Shown: positions 10,999 to 21,031, counted from the stretch's first letter. The stretch is 64,000 nt of DNA from Solibacteraceae bacterium (GCA_026984795.1 JALSRK010000032.1:1-64000), one strand, 5' to 3'. The notes: generated by a model not told the origin, from the letters alone. Numbers and translations: made by a program.

Positions 10999-11413
10999 TG
11001 GCACCCTCCTCGGCCGGGGCCTGCCCCGCCGGCTCGACGGGCTTGACGGGGTAGGGCTTGGCCGGATACTTCAGGTTGCCGGCGGCGTACTCAGCGGCCA
11101 GCAGCTCCATGGCCCGTTCGATGGGCAAGCGAACCAGGCCCTTCTTGCGGTCGATATAGGCGTAGGAGTGGAGCCGGGCGTCCTCGCGGGCGCGCAACTG
11201 CTTGAGGTCGCTCGCCACCGGCGAGAGCACCTTGATGTACAACTGCTGTTCGTAGACGACGGCGAAGTAGCGCTCTACGGCGAGCACGGCCACCACGATG
11301 GCCACCACGATGATGGCGAACAAGGCGCCGATCAGCCGGGGGTTGATGTCCGAGCGCTCATAGCCCGGTTTCGGTTCCGGCGCCGCAGCGGGTTGGGCGT
11401 GTTCCGTCATCAT
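10985..11413 (-). CDS. hypothetical single-pass membrane protein embedded in the ACIII-oxidase operon
   Basis: 142 aa with one TM helix (LIGALFAIIVVAIVVAVLAV). GAGGAGGGG lies upstream. The 3' end overlaps the sco start by 14 nt. I recognise no family. Confidence 0.6.
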   Translation of the reverse strand: MMTEHAQPAAAPEPKPGYERSDINPRLIGALFAIIVVAIVVAVLAVERYFAVVYEQQLYIKVLSPVASDLKQLRAREDARLHSYAYIDRKKGLVRLPIERAMELLAAEYAAGNLKYPAKPYPVKPVEPAGQAPAEEGANAAQ

Positions 11414-11434
11414 TCGACTTGCGTGTCCCCTCCT

Positions 11435-12646
11435 CTAGATGTTGTGATGCGCGAGCGACTCCGGCAGGCGCACATCTCCGGCGGGCACCATCGCCCGGCG
11501 GCGGAACCGGCGCCAGAAGGCCAGGCCGAAGACCCCGCCGGTGGCCAGGAACGTCGTCACGTCGAGCCACTGGATGTGGAAGTTATGAGGGTGCACCGAC
11601 GGCAGGATCAGCCAGTGCAGATCCATGCCGTGAATGACGAGGATCCAGAAGGCCGTCAGGCCGAGCACCGCCAAGTTCCGCTTCGCTGCACGCGACAGCA
11701 GCGCCAGGAAGGGGACGATGAAATGGCCCACCAGGAGCAGGGCGCTCAGGTAGATCCAGGTGCCTTCCATGCGGTGCTTGAAGAAGACGGTCTCCTCGGG
11801 CAGGTCGGCGTACCAGATGAGCAAGTATTGGGAGAAGGCGATGTAGGCCCACCAGACGGTGAGGGCGAACATCCACTTGCCGAGGTCGTGGTAGTGCTCG
11901 ATGGTGATGGTCTCGCGCAGGTAGCCCGCCTTGCGTAAGGCGAGGGCGACGAGGGTCACCAGGGCGATGAAGGCCAGCGCGCCGCCGGAGAATACGTAGA
12001 TGCCGAAGATCGTCGAGTACCAATGCGGATCGAGCGACATGATCCAGTCCACCGAAGCCATGGTGACCGTCGCGGTGAGCACGAGGACGCCGGGAGCGCT
12101 CCACCACCGCAGGTTGCGGCGGGCCTCCTCGCTGGGCCCCTGGTCCTGGGCGACGGAGTTCTGATAGAGCACGACGGCCAGGGCGCTCCAGACGAAGAAG
12201 TAAGTCACCACCCGGGCGACGTAGAGCGGAGCGCTGAAGAAGAGCGCTTTGAACTGCAAGTTGGGGTTGTGCTCGATATCGAAATAGCCGGGCTGCGCCC
12301 ACTCATAGAGCGTCGGGATGCCGACGGCCACCGGGATGAAGAGGAAGGCCATCACCGGCAGGGTGATCATGACGTTCTCCATGATCCGGCGCACGGTGAC
12401 GCTCCAGGCGGCGGTGGTGATGTGCTGCACGGCGACGAAGAAGGCGGCGCCCCAGCCGATGGTGAGCCAGAACATGAAGTTCACCAGGTAGGAGCCGTAG
12501 AAGTTGTAGCCGTCGGCGGCCCACCCGTAGGCGGAGGCGGCCCAGCCGACGACGGCCACCAGGAGCAGCACATTCCGGATCTTGTTCCACAGCGCTTCGT
12601 CGAGGTAATAGGATTCCCGGTTCTGTTGGAGGCTGGTTTCCATCAC
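11435..12646 (-). CDS. actF: alternative complex III subunit ActF (NrfD-like quinol-binding membrane subunit 2)
   Basis: 403-aa polytopic membrane protein. Its position after actE and its NrfD/PsrC-like hydrophobicity pattern support the call. The start is the GTG at 12646 or the ATG at 12643, overlapping the actE stop. Confidence 0.8.
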   Translation of the reverse strand: MMETSLQQNRESYYLDEALWNKIRNVLLLVAVVGWAASAYGWAADGYNFYGSYLVNFMFWLTIGWGAAFFVAVQHITTAAWSVTVRRIMENVMITLPVMAFLFIPVAVGIPTLYEWAQPGYFDIEHNPNLQFKALFFSAPLYVARVVTYFFVWSALAVVLYQNSVAQDQGPSEEARRNLRWWSAPGVLVLTATVTMASVDWIMSLDPHWYSTIFGIYVFSGGALAFIALVTLVALALRKAGYLRETITIEHYHDLGKWMFALTVWWAYIAFSQYLLIWYADLPEETVFFKHRMEGTWIYLSALLLVGHFIVPFLALLSRAAKRNLAVLGLTAFWILVIHGMDLHWLILPSVHPHNFHIQWLDVTTFLATGGVFGLAFWRRFRRRAMVPAGDVRLPESLAHHNI

Positions 12647-13236
12647 CGCAACTCCCTTCTCAGGTCGGCCGGCACGTCCTCGATGGTCCCGCTGGTGGTG
12701 CGCTGCAGAGCGCGGACGTAGGCGACGATGGCCCAGCGGTCGCGGGGCGGTATCTGGAAGCGGTAGCTGGGCATGGTGCGGCGGCCGTAAGTGATCACCT
12801 GGAAGATCTCGCCGTCGACCATGTCTTTGATCCGTTGATCATGAAGGTTGTTGGCGAGCCACATGCTGCGCGAGCCGACGATGCCGCGGCCGGAGCCGGT
12901 GCGGTCGTGGCAGGGCGCGCAATAGATGTTGAAGCGCTCCTGGCCGCGCTTCAGGGTCTCCATGTCGATCGGCAGCGGGTTGCGCCCCACGTAGAGGCCA
13001 TTCTTGGCGCCGGTGTAGAAGGCCTCGTCTTGGTCGAGATGCCCCACGGCGACGGTGCCGGGCACAGGCCGCAAGGTGATGCCCCGCTCGGCCAGCCACT
13101 CGTTGGCGCTCTGGGGTTTGAACTTGGGCTGCCGCTTCATGTCGGGGAAGATCTCGATGGGCGGGTTCTCTGTACTGAGGCGGGCGCAGCCGGCCGCCAG
13201 CACGGAACCCAACAGGATCAGCGCCGCTTTCCGCAT
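12643..13236 (-). CDS. actE: alternative complex III subunit ActE (monoheme cytochrome c lipoprotein)
   Basis: The lipobox is LAAGC and there is a single CAPCH heme motif. The 197-aa size matches ActE. Confidence 0.8.
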   Translation of the reverse strand: MRKAALILLGSVLAAGCARLSTENPPIEIFPDMKRQPKFKPQSANEWLAERGITLRPVPGTVAVGHLDQDEAFYTGAKNGLYVGRNPLPIDMETLKRGQERFNIYCAPCHDRTGSGRGIVGSRSMWLANNLHDQRIKDMVDGEIFQVITYGRRTMPSYRFQIPPRDRWAIVAYVRALQRTTSGTIEDVPADLRRELR

Positions 13237-13778
13237 CAGCCTTCTTCCTCCACCAGGGCGGCGCCCTTGGCGCCGAGGCTTTCGAGCAGGGCCTTGGTCT
13301 CGTCGGACCGGAACTTGGGGTCTTCAGCTTCGACCGCGAGGAAGAAGCGGTCGTTGGTGACCCGCCGGAAGGCATCCAGCTCGAAGAGTGGGTGGTGCAG
13401 GCGCGGCAGGCGGTTCAGGGTCAGCATGCCGCCTACGGTGGCAAAAGCCGAGAAGAGCACCGTGAGCTCGAAGATGATCGGGATCGACGGCTCGAAGGCG
13501 AACAGGGGCTTCGCGCCGATGATGAGCGGATAATCGACGGCCCCGGTCCACCACTGCAGCAGGATCGCGGCCACGAAGCCGGCGGCGCCGCCGAGGAAGG
13601 CGATGTAGCCGAGCGGGGAGTGAGGGATGCCGAGGACCTGGTCGAGGCCGTGCACCGGGAACGGCGTGCAGGCGTCCATGCGGGTGTAGCCGTGCTCGCG
13701 CATCCGGCGGGCGGCTTCGAGCAGGGCGGCCGGACTGGGGAACTCGGCTACCGCACCATAGAGTTTCTTTTGCGCCAT
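13236..13778 (-). CDS. actD: alternative complex III subunit ActD (DUF3341-type membrane protein)
   Basis: This is the C-terminal 180 aa of the 806-aa track ORF, from [31 protein letters not shown]. That is the typical ActD N-terminus, followed by two TM helices. The ATG overlaps the actC stop (TAATG). Confidence 0.8.
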   Translation of the reverse strand: MAQKKLYGAVAEFPSPAALLEAARRMREHGYTRMDACTPFPVHGLDQVLGIPHSPLGYIAFLGGAAGFVAAILLQWWTGAVDYPLIIGAKPLFAFEPSIPIIFELTVLFSAFATVGGMLTLNRLPRLHHPLFELDAFRRVTNDRFFLAVEAEDPKFRSDETKALLESLGAKGAALVEEEG

Positions 13779-15157
13779 TACTCGCCCTCCTTTTCGGGCT
13801 GCGGCGCCGGAATCACCGCTTTGACTTCCGAGAGGGCGATGGCCGGCAAGAACCGCAGGAACAGCAGAAACATGGTCAGGAAGAAGCCCAGGCTCCCGAA
13901 GAAGGTGAGAAAGTCGAACACCGTCGGGGTGAACATGCCCCAGCTCGACGGCAGGTAGTCGCGATGCAGTGACGTGACGATGATGTTGAACCGCTCGAAC
14001 CACATCCCGACGTTGACGATGATGGAGACGACGAACATCGCCGGGATGCTGCGCCTCACCTTGCGGAACCAGAACAGTTGCGGCGCGAAGACGTTGCAGA
14101 AGAACATGGTCCAGACCGCCCAGGCGTAGGGGCCGACGACGCGGTTCATGAAGACGAACTGCTCGTAGGGATTGCCGCTGAAGGCGGCGGTGAAGAACTC
14201 GACCGCGTAGCTGTAACCGACGATGGAGCCGGTGGCCAGCAGGATCTTGTTCATGTTCTCCAGATGGTTGATGGTGATCAGGTGCTCCAGCCGGTAGGCC
14301 TTGCGGGCGAGCACCATCAGGGTGATCACCATGGCGAAGCCGGAAAAGATCGCCCCGGCGACGAAGTAGGGCGGGAAGATCGTCGTGTGCCAGCCGGGAA
14401 CGATGGAGACGGCGAAATCGAGGCTGACGATGGAGTGGACCGAAAGCACCAGCGGCGTCGAAAGGCCGGCCAGGATCAGGTATGCCTTCTCGTAGTGGTT
14501 CCAGTGCCAGGCCGAGCCGCGCCAGCCCAGGGCGAAGAAGCCGTAGATCTTCTGGCGCAGGCCGGCGGCGCGGTCCCGGAGGGTGCCGAGGTCCGGGATC
14601 ATGCCGACGTACCAGAACAGGATGGAGACGGTGGCGTAGGTGGAGACGGCGAAGACGTCCCACATGAGCGGGCTGCGGAAGTTCTGCCAGAGGCTCAGGT
14701 CGAGGTTGGGGATCGGGAACAGCCAGTAGGCGCGCCAGGGACGGCCGGTGTGGAAGAGCGGGAAGAGGCCGGCGGTCATCACGGCGAAGATGGTCATCGC
14801 CTCGGCGGCGCGGTTGATCGAGGTGCGCCACCTCTGGCGGAACAGATAGAGGATGGCCGAGATCAGGGTGCCGGCGTGGCCGATGCCGATCCAGAAGACG
14901 AAGTCGGTGATCGGCCAGGCCCAGGCGACCGGCTGGTTGTTGCCCCAGATGCCGACGCCCTTGTAGAGCAGCCAGGCGATGGAGATGCCGAGCGCCAGGG
15001 TGAGCAGTCCGGTGACACTGATAGCGGCGTACCATTCCCGCGGCGGCTTGCGCTCGACGATGCCGGCGACGTCGTCGGTGATCTGCGAGTAGGTCGGGTT
15101 GCCCTCCACCAGTGGTGGATCCAGTGGCAGCGGCCGGTCCATCACGACATCCGCCAT
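13778..15157 (-). CDS. actC: alternative complex III subunit ActC (NrfD/PsrC-like quinol-binding membrane subunit 1)
   Basis: 459-aa polytopic membrane protein of the NrfD-like family, immediately downstream of actB. Confidence 0.9.
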   Translation of the reverse strand: MADVVMDRPLPLDPPLVEGNPTYSQITDDVAGIVERKPPREWYAAISVTGLLTLALGISIAWLLYKGVGIWGNNQPVAWAWPITDFVFWIGIGHAGTLISAILYLFRQRWRTSINRAAEAMTIFAVMTAGLFPLFHTGRPWRAYWLFPIPNLDLSLWQNFRSPLMWDVFAVSTYATVSILFWYVGMIPDLGTLRDRAAGLRQKIYGFFALGWRGSAWHWNHYEKAYLILAGLSTPLVLSVHSIVSLDFAVSIVPGWHTTIFPPYFVAGAIFSGFAMVITLMVLARKAYRLEHLITINHLENMNKILLATGSIVGYSYAVEFFTAAFSGNPYEQFVFMNRVVGPYAWAVWTMFFCNVFAPQLFWFRKVRRSIPAMFVVSIIVNVGMWFERFNIIVTSLHRDYLPSSWGMFTPTVFDFLTFFGSLGFFLTMFLLFLRFLPAIALSEVKAVIPAPQPEKEGE

Positions 15158-15160
15158 GGC

Positions 15161-18142
15161 TCAGACCCCCTCCGCTGAGTTCAGGATTCGGAACGGCGAA
15201 GCGCCGGGCGGCGCGGGGCCGTGCATGGAGGCATGGCCGCCGCCGTTGGTTTCGGCCAGGGCGAGCTCCGGATTCGGGTTGCGCAGTTTCGCCAGGTAGC
15301 TGGTGCGGGGCTTCACGTTCAGTTCGGCCAGCATGACGTAGTCCCGGTTGCGTTTCTTGACCTGCGAGACACGGCTGTTCGGATCGGCGATGTTGCCGAA
15401 GACGATGGCGTCCGCGGGGCAGGTCTGCTGGCAGGCGGTGACGATCTCGCCGTCTTCGATCTGCCGGCGGCCCTCGGTCTTGGCCTGGATCTTCTTCTCC
15501 TGGATGCGTTGCACGCAGTAGGTGCACTTCTCCATGACGCCGCGCATGCGCACGGTCACGTCGGGGTTGAAGACCAGCTTCTTGACGCCGGGCACGTCGC
15601 CGTGCCAGTCGAGGAAGTTGAAGCGCCGGACTTTGTAGGGGCAGTTGTTCGAGCAATACCGCGTGCCGACACAGCGGTTGTAGACCATGTCATTGAGCCC
15701 TTCGGGGCTGTGGGAGGTAGCCGCTACCGGGCAGACGTTCTCGCACGGGGCATGCTCGCACTGCTGGCAGGCGACCGGTTGGAAGACGGCCCGAGGATCC
15801 GCGATATCCCCGGTGAAGTAACGGTCCAGCCGGATCCAGTGCATCTCGCGGCCCCGGGCTACTTCCTTCTTGCCGACGATGGCGATGTTGTTCTCGACCT
15901 GGCAGGCCACCAGGCAGGCGTTGCAGCCGGTGCAGGCGTTCAGGTCGATCGCCATGCCCCACTGGTATTCGCCGGTGAGATCGGGGTGCTCGTAAAGGGA
16001 CTCGGGTTCGGGGACGTGGACGGCCTGGTCGACGAAATCGGGCTCGGTGCGGTAGTGCTCGATGGTGGCCTCCAGCACCAGGGGCCGGCCTTCCATGACG
16101 TGGTGCTCCTGGGTGGTGACCAGTTTGTAGCGCCGGCCGGCCGGCGAGGCGGAGACGCCGGCGGCATAGCCCATAGTGGCGGCGGTGCGGAGCGGGTAGA
16201 CGTCGTGACCCACACCGTTTCCGACCCGGCCCACGTTCCGGCGGCCGTAGCCGACCTCGAGGGCGATCGCGCCGTCGGCCTGGCCGGGCATCACGTAGAC
16301 CGGAACCTCGATCGAGCGGCCTTCGCGCTCGAGCCGGAGTACGTCGCCGGTCTCGACGCCGAGCTCGCGGGCCGTCGCCGGGCTCAGCAGGGCGGCGTTG
16401 TCCCAGACGAGCTTCGTCATCGGATCGGGCATCTCCTGGAGCCAGCCGTTGTTGGCGAAGCGCCCGTCCCAGACCGAGGCGCTCGGGTAGAAGGCGACCT
16501 CCAGGCCGGATTGGCCTTCGAGCGAGGCCGCCAGCTTCGCCGCCTCAGCATCGACAGCGTCGCGGCGCAGGGCCACCTCGACCGGGGCGAAGGCCGTGCC
16601 CTCGATGACGCCGTCGTGCAGCGCCCGGCGCCAGGCCCGTTCCTTGTCGCCGGAGAAGCGCTCCATCCAGTAGGTGCGGACGATGTCGTAGCCGCGCTGC
16701 TGGGGGTAGCCGGAGACCAGAGCCAGCGTCTCGGCGGCGGTCTTGCCCTCGTAGAGGGGCCGGATCAGCGGCTGCTGGACGCTCGCCGTGCCGTCCAGGG
16801 CGCGGGCGTCGCCCCAGGCCTCCAGGTAGTGGGCCTCGGGCAGATGCCAATGGGCGGCGCGGGCGGTTTCGTTCACTTCGGCGCCCAGGTGGATCACCGT
16901 GCCGGCTTTCTCCAAGCGGGCGGCCAGTTCGGCGTCGGCCGGGGCGTCGAAGGCGGGATTGCCCCCGAGGATCAGCAGCGTTTTGACCTCCCCCGCCTCG
17001 AGCGCCGCGGCCAGGTCTCCCACGGACTGCGGCGAAGGCGGCAGCGGCGGCTCGGTGAACCAGACGGTCTCGCCGAGGTTGCCGAGTTCGGCGTTGATCA
17101 GCCAGACCAGGGCGTGCACGGCGGCGGGCTGGCGGGGTCCGGCGACGACGAGCGAGCGGCCGCGGTGGGCCTCGAGGTCGCGCCGGAGAATGTCCAGCCA
17201 ATACGGGGCGCCGTTGCCCTTGCCGGCCAGCGCGAGCGCCAGGGCCGCCGCCCCGCTCGGCTTGATGCGGAAGCGGTGGTCGGCCATCGCGCCGGTGATC
17301 GAGAAAGCGCTCTCGGCCACGTAGAGCCGGTTCATCGAATCGTGCTCGTTCTCTACGTGGCGGCCCTTGGCGAACTGCTTGACGGCGCGGAGCGAGGGGA
17401 CGTCCACGCCCAGGAAGTCGCAATCCAGGGCGAAGATCACCTCGGCCTTGCTGAAGTCGTATTGCGGCTGCAAGCGGCGGCCGAAGGCGATGCGGGCGCC
17501 CTGGAGCTCGGCGGAACGGCTGAGCGGGTCGTAATCCACCCACTGGGCACGCGGGAACCTGTCGAGGAAGTGTCTGCGGACGGCCCCGAGGGAGGGGGAC
17601 GAGGCGGGCTCGCTCAGCACCCACACCCCCTCGCCGGGGGCAGGGAAGAGGTTCGGGACGGCTTGGGAAAACCGCTCCCAACTTGACGGCCGGCCATTCT
17701 CGAGCACCCGCTGGGAACGGTCCGGATCGTACAGATTGAGGATCGAAGCCTGGGCCAAGGCCGACGCCGCCCCGAGGCTGGCCGGGTGCTTCGGGTTGCC
17801 CTCGATCTTGGTGGGGTGGCCGTCGTGGGCTTCGACGATAAGGCCGGTGGCGAGGCCGCCCACGGTCATAGCCGTGGCGTAATAGAGAGGGTTGCCGGGG
17901 ATGTAGTCCTCCGGGCGCTCGGCCAGCGGCAAGATCCGTTCTTCGGGGCGCCGGCAGGAAATGAGGCCCGCCAGGCCGAAGGAAGCGGCCATGAGCTTCA
18001 GCAGGCGGCGCCGCGAATGGGGGCTGGTGAGCTCCGAGGCTCCTTCGGGGAACTCCCGGTGGAGCCATTCGCGAAACTCGGGCGTCCCGGTCAGCTCGTC
18101 GAGGCTTCGCCAGTAATGCTTTCCTGTCAACTCGTTAGCCAT
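15161..18142 (-). CDS. actB: alternative complex III subunit ActB (molybdopterin-oxidoreductase-like domain fused to a 4Fe-4S ferredoxin domain), Tat signal
   Basis: 993 aa. The Tat motif is SRRRLLKLMAASFGLAGL. The C-terminal FeS clusters are CTGCNACLVACQVEN, CQQCEHAPCENVCPV and CVGTRYCSNNCPY. Confidence 0.92.
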   Translation of the reverse strand: MANELTGKHYWRSLDELTGTPEFREWLHREFPEGASELTSPHSRRRLLKLMAASFGLAGLISCRRPEERILPLAERPEDYIPGNPLYYATAMTVGGLATGLIVEAHDGHPTKIEGNPKHPASLGAASALAQASILNLYDPDRSQRVLENGRPSSWERFSQAVPNLFPAPGEGVWVLSEPASSPSLGAVRRHFLDRFPRAQWVDYDPLSRSAELQGARIAFGRRLQPQYDFSKAEVIFALDCDFLGVDVPSLRAVKQFAKGRHVENEHDSMNRLYVAESAFSITGAMADHRFRIKPSGAAALALALAGKGNGAPYWLDILRRDLEAHRGRSLVVAGPRQPAAVHALVWLINAELGNLGETVWFTEPPLPPSPQSVGDLAAALEAGEVKTLLILGGNPAFDAPADAELAARLEKAGTVIHLGAEVNETARAAHWHLPEAHYLEAWGDARALDGTASVQQPLIRPLYEGKTAAETLALVSGYPQQRGYDIVRTYWMERFSGDKERAWRRALHDGVIEGTAFAPVEVALRRDAVDAEAAKLAASLEGQSGLEVAFYPSASVWDGRFANNGWLQEMPDPMTKLVWDNAALLSPATARELGVETGDVLRLEREGRSIEVPVYVMPGQADGAIALEVGYGRRNVGRVGNGVGHDVYPLRTAATMGYAAGVSASPAGRRYKLVTTQEHHVMEGRPLVLEATIEHYRTEPDFVDQAVHVPEPESLYEHPDLTGEYQWGMAIDLNACTGCNACLVACQVENNIAIVGKKEVARGREMHWIRLDRYFTGDIADPRAVFQPVACQQCEHAPCENVCPVAATSHSPEGLNDMVYNRCVGTRYCSNNCPYKVRRFNFLDWHGDVPGVKKLVFNPDVTVRMRGVMEKCTYCVQRIQEKKIQAKTEGRRQIEDGEIVTACQQTCPADAIVFGNIADPNSRVSQVKKRNRDYVMLAELNVKPRTSYLAKLRNPNPELALAETNGGGHASMHGPAPPGASPFRILNSAEGV

Positions 18143-18160
18143 CGTCAGACGATTCCCCCC

Positions 18161-18808
18161 TTAGCGGTGACACCCAGAGCAGTTCGTCGGCGGCTGGATC
18201 TGGTTGGCCTCGAGGATCTCCCGGCCGATCTCGGCCGGATCCCGGTCCGGCTGCCACCCTAGATTGGTAACTTCCTCGACGGGCCGGAGGTTCGGCGCCG
18301 GATTCCGGTGGCAGTCCAGGCACCACGTCATGCTCAGGGGTTTCACCTGGCGGACGACGATCATCTGGTCCACCCGGCCGTGGCAGCTCACGCAGCTCAC
18401 TCCGGCGGTGACGTGGGCCCGGTGATTGAAGTAGACGTAGTCCGGCAGGCGGTGGACCCGCACCCACGGAATGGGCCGGCCGCTGGCGTGGCTTTCACGA
18501 ACCGGTTCGAGCAGCGGGCTGTCCTTCTTCACCCGCACGTGGCAGTTCATGCAGACTTCGGTGGGTGGGAGGGCAGCGAAGGCCGACTTCTCCACCGTGT
18601 AGTGGCAGTAGCGGCAGTCGATCCCCAGATCCCCGGCGTGAAGCTTGTGACTGTACTCGACCGGCTGGCGCGGCGCGTAGCCCGTTTCGCGGACCTCGGG
18701 ACTGCCGAGATAGGTTGCCAAGGCCAAAGCGGCGAGGCCGCCGGTTCCCACAGCAAGGGCCACGATACGGAGACGGCGGTCAGCAGACTTGGAGAATGGC
18801 GCAGGCAT
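18161..18808 (-). CDS. actA: alternative complex III subunit ActA (pentaheme cytochrome c)
   Basis: Five CxxCH motifs are present (CRYCH, CMNCH, CVSCH, CLDCH, CSGCH), plus an N-terminal membrane anchor. This is the first gene of the operon. Confidence 0.9.
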   Translation of the reverse strand: MPAPFSKSADRRLRIVALAVGTGGLAALALATYLGSPEVRETGYAPRQPVEYSHKLHAGDLGIDCRYCHYTVEKSAFAALPPTEVCMNCHVRVKKDSPLLEPVRESHASGRPIPWVRVHRLPDYVYFNHRAHVTAGVSCVSCHGRVDQMIVVRQVKPLSMTWCLDCHRNPAPNLRPVEEVTNLGWQPDRDPAEIGREILEANQIQPPTNCSGCHR

Positions 18809-18957
18809 CGGATCTCCCGTCGTTCAGCCCCTCAACCAGGTCGCTTCCTGCGGTGCGCGGGCGGCGGGGACCCAGCCCGCCGGCGTCCGGCGATGGTTCT
18901 CGCAGGGAGGCGATCTGAACTATCCATGATACACAAGAAGGGGCGCGTGTTCCAGTC

Positions 18958-20367
18958 TTGGAGCAAATATTCTTGCCAAACAGTAACCACTGCGCGATCA
19001 TAGTTCCAGATGCGCCGCCCGTGATCCAAGTCGCAACAAAACTCGCCCGGGCCTTCGGAAATCTGAAGGTCCGCTACAAGTTGATGCTTCTTCACAACTT
19101 GTTCTATCTGGTGTTGTCGTGCGGCGTATACTTCTCCCTGGTACCGGCCATCGAGGAATGGGCCGGGGAGGCCCGCGCGCGGGAGGCGGCACTGCGGCAG
19201 CAGCTCAGCGTGGCCACGGGGCACCCCCTGCCGGAGCCGGAAGCGGACTTCTACGAGTGGGTGGTCTACCGGGCCAAGGTGACGATCCTAGTGGTGCTGG
19301 GCGTCACGTATTGGCTGGCGGTCCTCATCCTGGAGGGCTTCGTCATGCCCTTTTACATTTACCGGCCGCTGCGGGTGCTGCTCCAGGCCGACGAGGCCTC
19401 GCGGCGCGGCGACCGGGATCACGAACTGGTAGAGGAGGCCTGGATCACCGACGACGAGCTGGGGCGGCTGATGCGTTCCCGCAATGCGACGCTGGAGAAG
19501 CTCAGGCGGCATGAGGAGGAGCTCGAGCGCACCCTGGCCCGATTAGAGGAGGCGCTGGCCGATTTGAGGCGTAAGAACTATATGCTCGAGACAGCCAAGC
19601 AGAGCATCGCCGAGCAGGACCGGCTGGCGAGCCTGGGCCTGCTGGCGGCCAGTCTCGCGCATGAGATCAACACCCCGCTGGCGGTGCTGCGGGGTTCGAT
19701 CGAGCAGATGCTCGAAGGGGCGCGTGGGGAAGCGGTCCGGCGCCGGCTGGAGCGCATGCTCAGAGTGACCGGGCGGCTGCAGAGGATGAGCGAGACGATG
19801 CTCGGGTTTGTGCGGCTTCGGGGCGAAGACGTGGAGCGGGTGGGCGTCGCCGAGGTGGTCCGGGAAGCCTGGGAACTGGTGGCGATCGACGAGCGCGCCG
19901 GCCGGGTGAGCTTCGAGATGGACGTGCCGGCCGATTTGACGATATCGGGCAATCCGGACCGCATCAGCCAGCTATTTGTCAACGTGTTACGGAATGCGTT
20001 GAACGCCGCCCCGCCCGGGGGCCACGTCTGGGTTCGCGCCCGGAGGATCCAGGCCGGCGAGAAGCCGATGGTGGCGGTGCGGATCGAAGACGACGGCCCG
20101 GGCATCCCGGCCGACGTGCTGCCGAGCATCTTCGAGGCGTTCGTCACCACGCGTCTCGACTCGAAGGGAACCGGACTGGGGCTGACCGTGGCCGAGGGGA
20201 TCGCCCATCAGCACGGGGGCATCATCGTCGCCTCGAACCGGCCGCAAGGCGGCGCCTGTCTGGAGGTGCGGCTGCCGGCGGCGAGGGGGGCGGAGGGAGA
20301 ACCCGGCATCGGGGACGGGGCTTCGGGGAGTGCGGAAGGGGAAAGGAAACAGGTCCGCCGGCAATGA
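18958..20367 (+). CDS. membrane sensor histidine kinase (2 TM, HAMP-like linker, HisKA, HATPase_c)
   Basis: The H-box is LAASLAHEINTPLAV and the ATP-lid blocks are EDDGPGIP and GTGLGLTV. The start is uncertain. 18958 is a TTG, and in-frame alternatives are the GTG at 19021 and the ATG at 19084. Confidence 0.85.
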   Translation: MEQIFLPNSNHCAIIVPDAPPVIQVATKLARAFGNLKVRYKLMLLHNLFYLVLSCGVYFSLVPAIEEWAGEARAREAALRQQLSVATGHPLPEPEADFYEWVVYRAKVTILVVLGVTYWLAVLILEGFVMPFYIYRPLRVLLQADEASRRGDRDHELVEEAWITDDELGRLMRSRNATLEKLRRHEEELERTLARLEEALADLRRKNYMLETAKQSIAEQDRLASLGLLAASLAHEINTPLAVLRGSIEQMLEGARGEAVRRRLERMLRVTGRLQRMSETMLGFVRLRGEDVERVGVAEVVREAWELVAIDERAGRVSFEMDVPADLTISGNPDRISQLFVNVLRNALNAAPPGGHVWVRARRIQAGEKPMVAVRIEDDGPGIPADVLPSIFEAFVTTRLDSKGTGLGLTVAEGIAHQHGGIIVASNRPQGGACLEVRLPAARGAEGEPGIGDGASGSAEGERKQVRRQ

Positions 20368-20996
20368 GTGCGATACAGGAGACGAAACCCGTCAGCCGAA
20401 TCGACGTGGTCTTGCTGGACGACGACGAGGATTTCCGCCACTACATAGAAGACTTCTTGAATGAGGAAGGCCGCTACACGGTCCGCGGCTTCTCGACCCC
20501 TCAGGAACTGTTCGAGGGCTGCCGCGAGCGGCTGCCGGACATCGTCCTGCTCGACATGAAGATGGGCGAGTACCGCGGCGACAGGGTGCTCGAGCAGTTG
20601 CTCGCCGAGTGGCCGTCGCTGTGCGTCGTCGTGGTCACCGGCTATCCGTCTCTCGAGGACATGCGGACCACTTTCAAGATGCGGGTCTTCGACTACCTGG
20701 CCAAACCGTTCTCTTTGGCGCAGCTTCGCACGACGCTCAAGAATGCGATCGACGCCTACGGCCTGGGCCGGACGGACCAGGACCGCCTGCGGGAGAGCCT
20801 GGGCCACCGGATCCGGCTGCTCCGGGCCGAGCGGGGCTGGTCATTGAAAGACGTCGCCGGCCGGACCGGCCTGTCGGTCTCGCAGATCTCTTCGATCGAG
20901 CGGGGCGCGCACCTGCCGAGCATGGAGTCGTTGCTCGCCATCAGCCGCGCCTTCGGCATCCGCCCCTCGGAACTGCTGGCTTCGATCGACTTCTAG
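20364..20996 (+). CDS. response regulator with receiver domain fused to an XRE/Cro-type HTH output
   Basis: The receiver has VVLLDDDED, the acceptor DIVLLDMKM, then VVVTG and LAKPF. The C-terminus LGHRIRLLRAERGWSLKDVAGRTGLSVSQISSIERG is an HTH_3 domain. The ATG overlaps the kinase stop (ATGA). Confidence 0.85.
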   Translation: MSAIQETKPVSRIDVVLLDDDEDFRHYIEDFLNEEGRYTVRGFSTPQELFEGCRERLPDIVLLDMKMGEYRGDRVLEQLLAEWPSLCVVVVTGYPSLEDMRTTFKMRVFDYLAKPFSLAQLRTTLKNAIDAYGLGRTDQDRLRESLGHRIRLLRAERGWSLKDVAGRTGLSVSQISSIERGAHLPSMESLLAISRAFGIRPSELLASIDF

Positions 20997-21031
20997 GCGT
21001 GCGGCGCCCCAGTGTCGACCTTCCGGCGGGT

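Noticed and set aside
13779-15656. Upstream 626 codons of the 806-aa track ORF that ends as ActD.
   Set aside because: This part overlaps actC and actB out of frame, with Arg/Pro-rich nonsense translation. A clean ActD N-terminus starts at the ATG at 13778, coupled to the actC stop.
15221-17686. 821-aa ORF antisense to actB. Similar long antisense or off-frame ORFs occur at 7499..8866, 8930..10279, 24731..25792, 27136..28965, 32398..34710, 45180..46781 and 47299..48894.
   Set aside because: Their translations are Arg/Gly/Ala/Pro-rich low-complexity strings with no motifs. They lie opposite genes that have unmistakable family signatures. Long stop-free antisense frames are expected in DNA this GC-rich.
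19076-19102. 8-bp inverted repeat ACAAGTTG-N11-CAACTTGT near the 5' end of the kinase gene, considered as an operator.
   Set aside because: Perfect 8-bp inverted repeats with short spacers are expected about 20 times by chance in 64 kb. It may also lie inside the coding region, depending on the true start.
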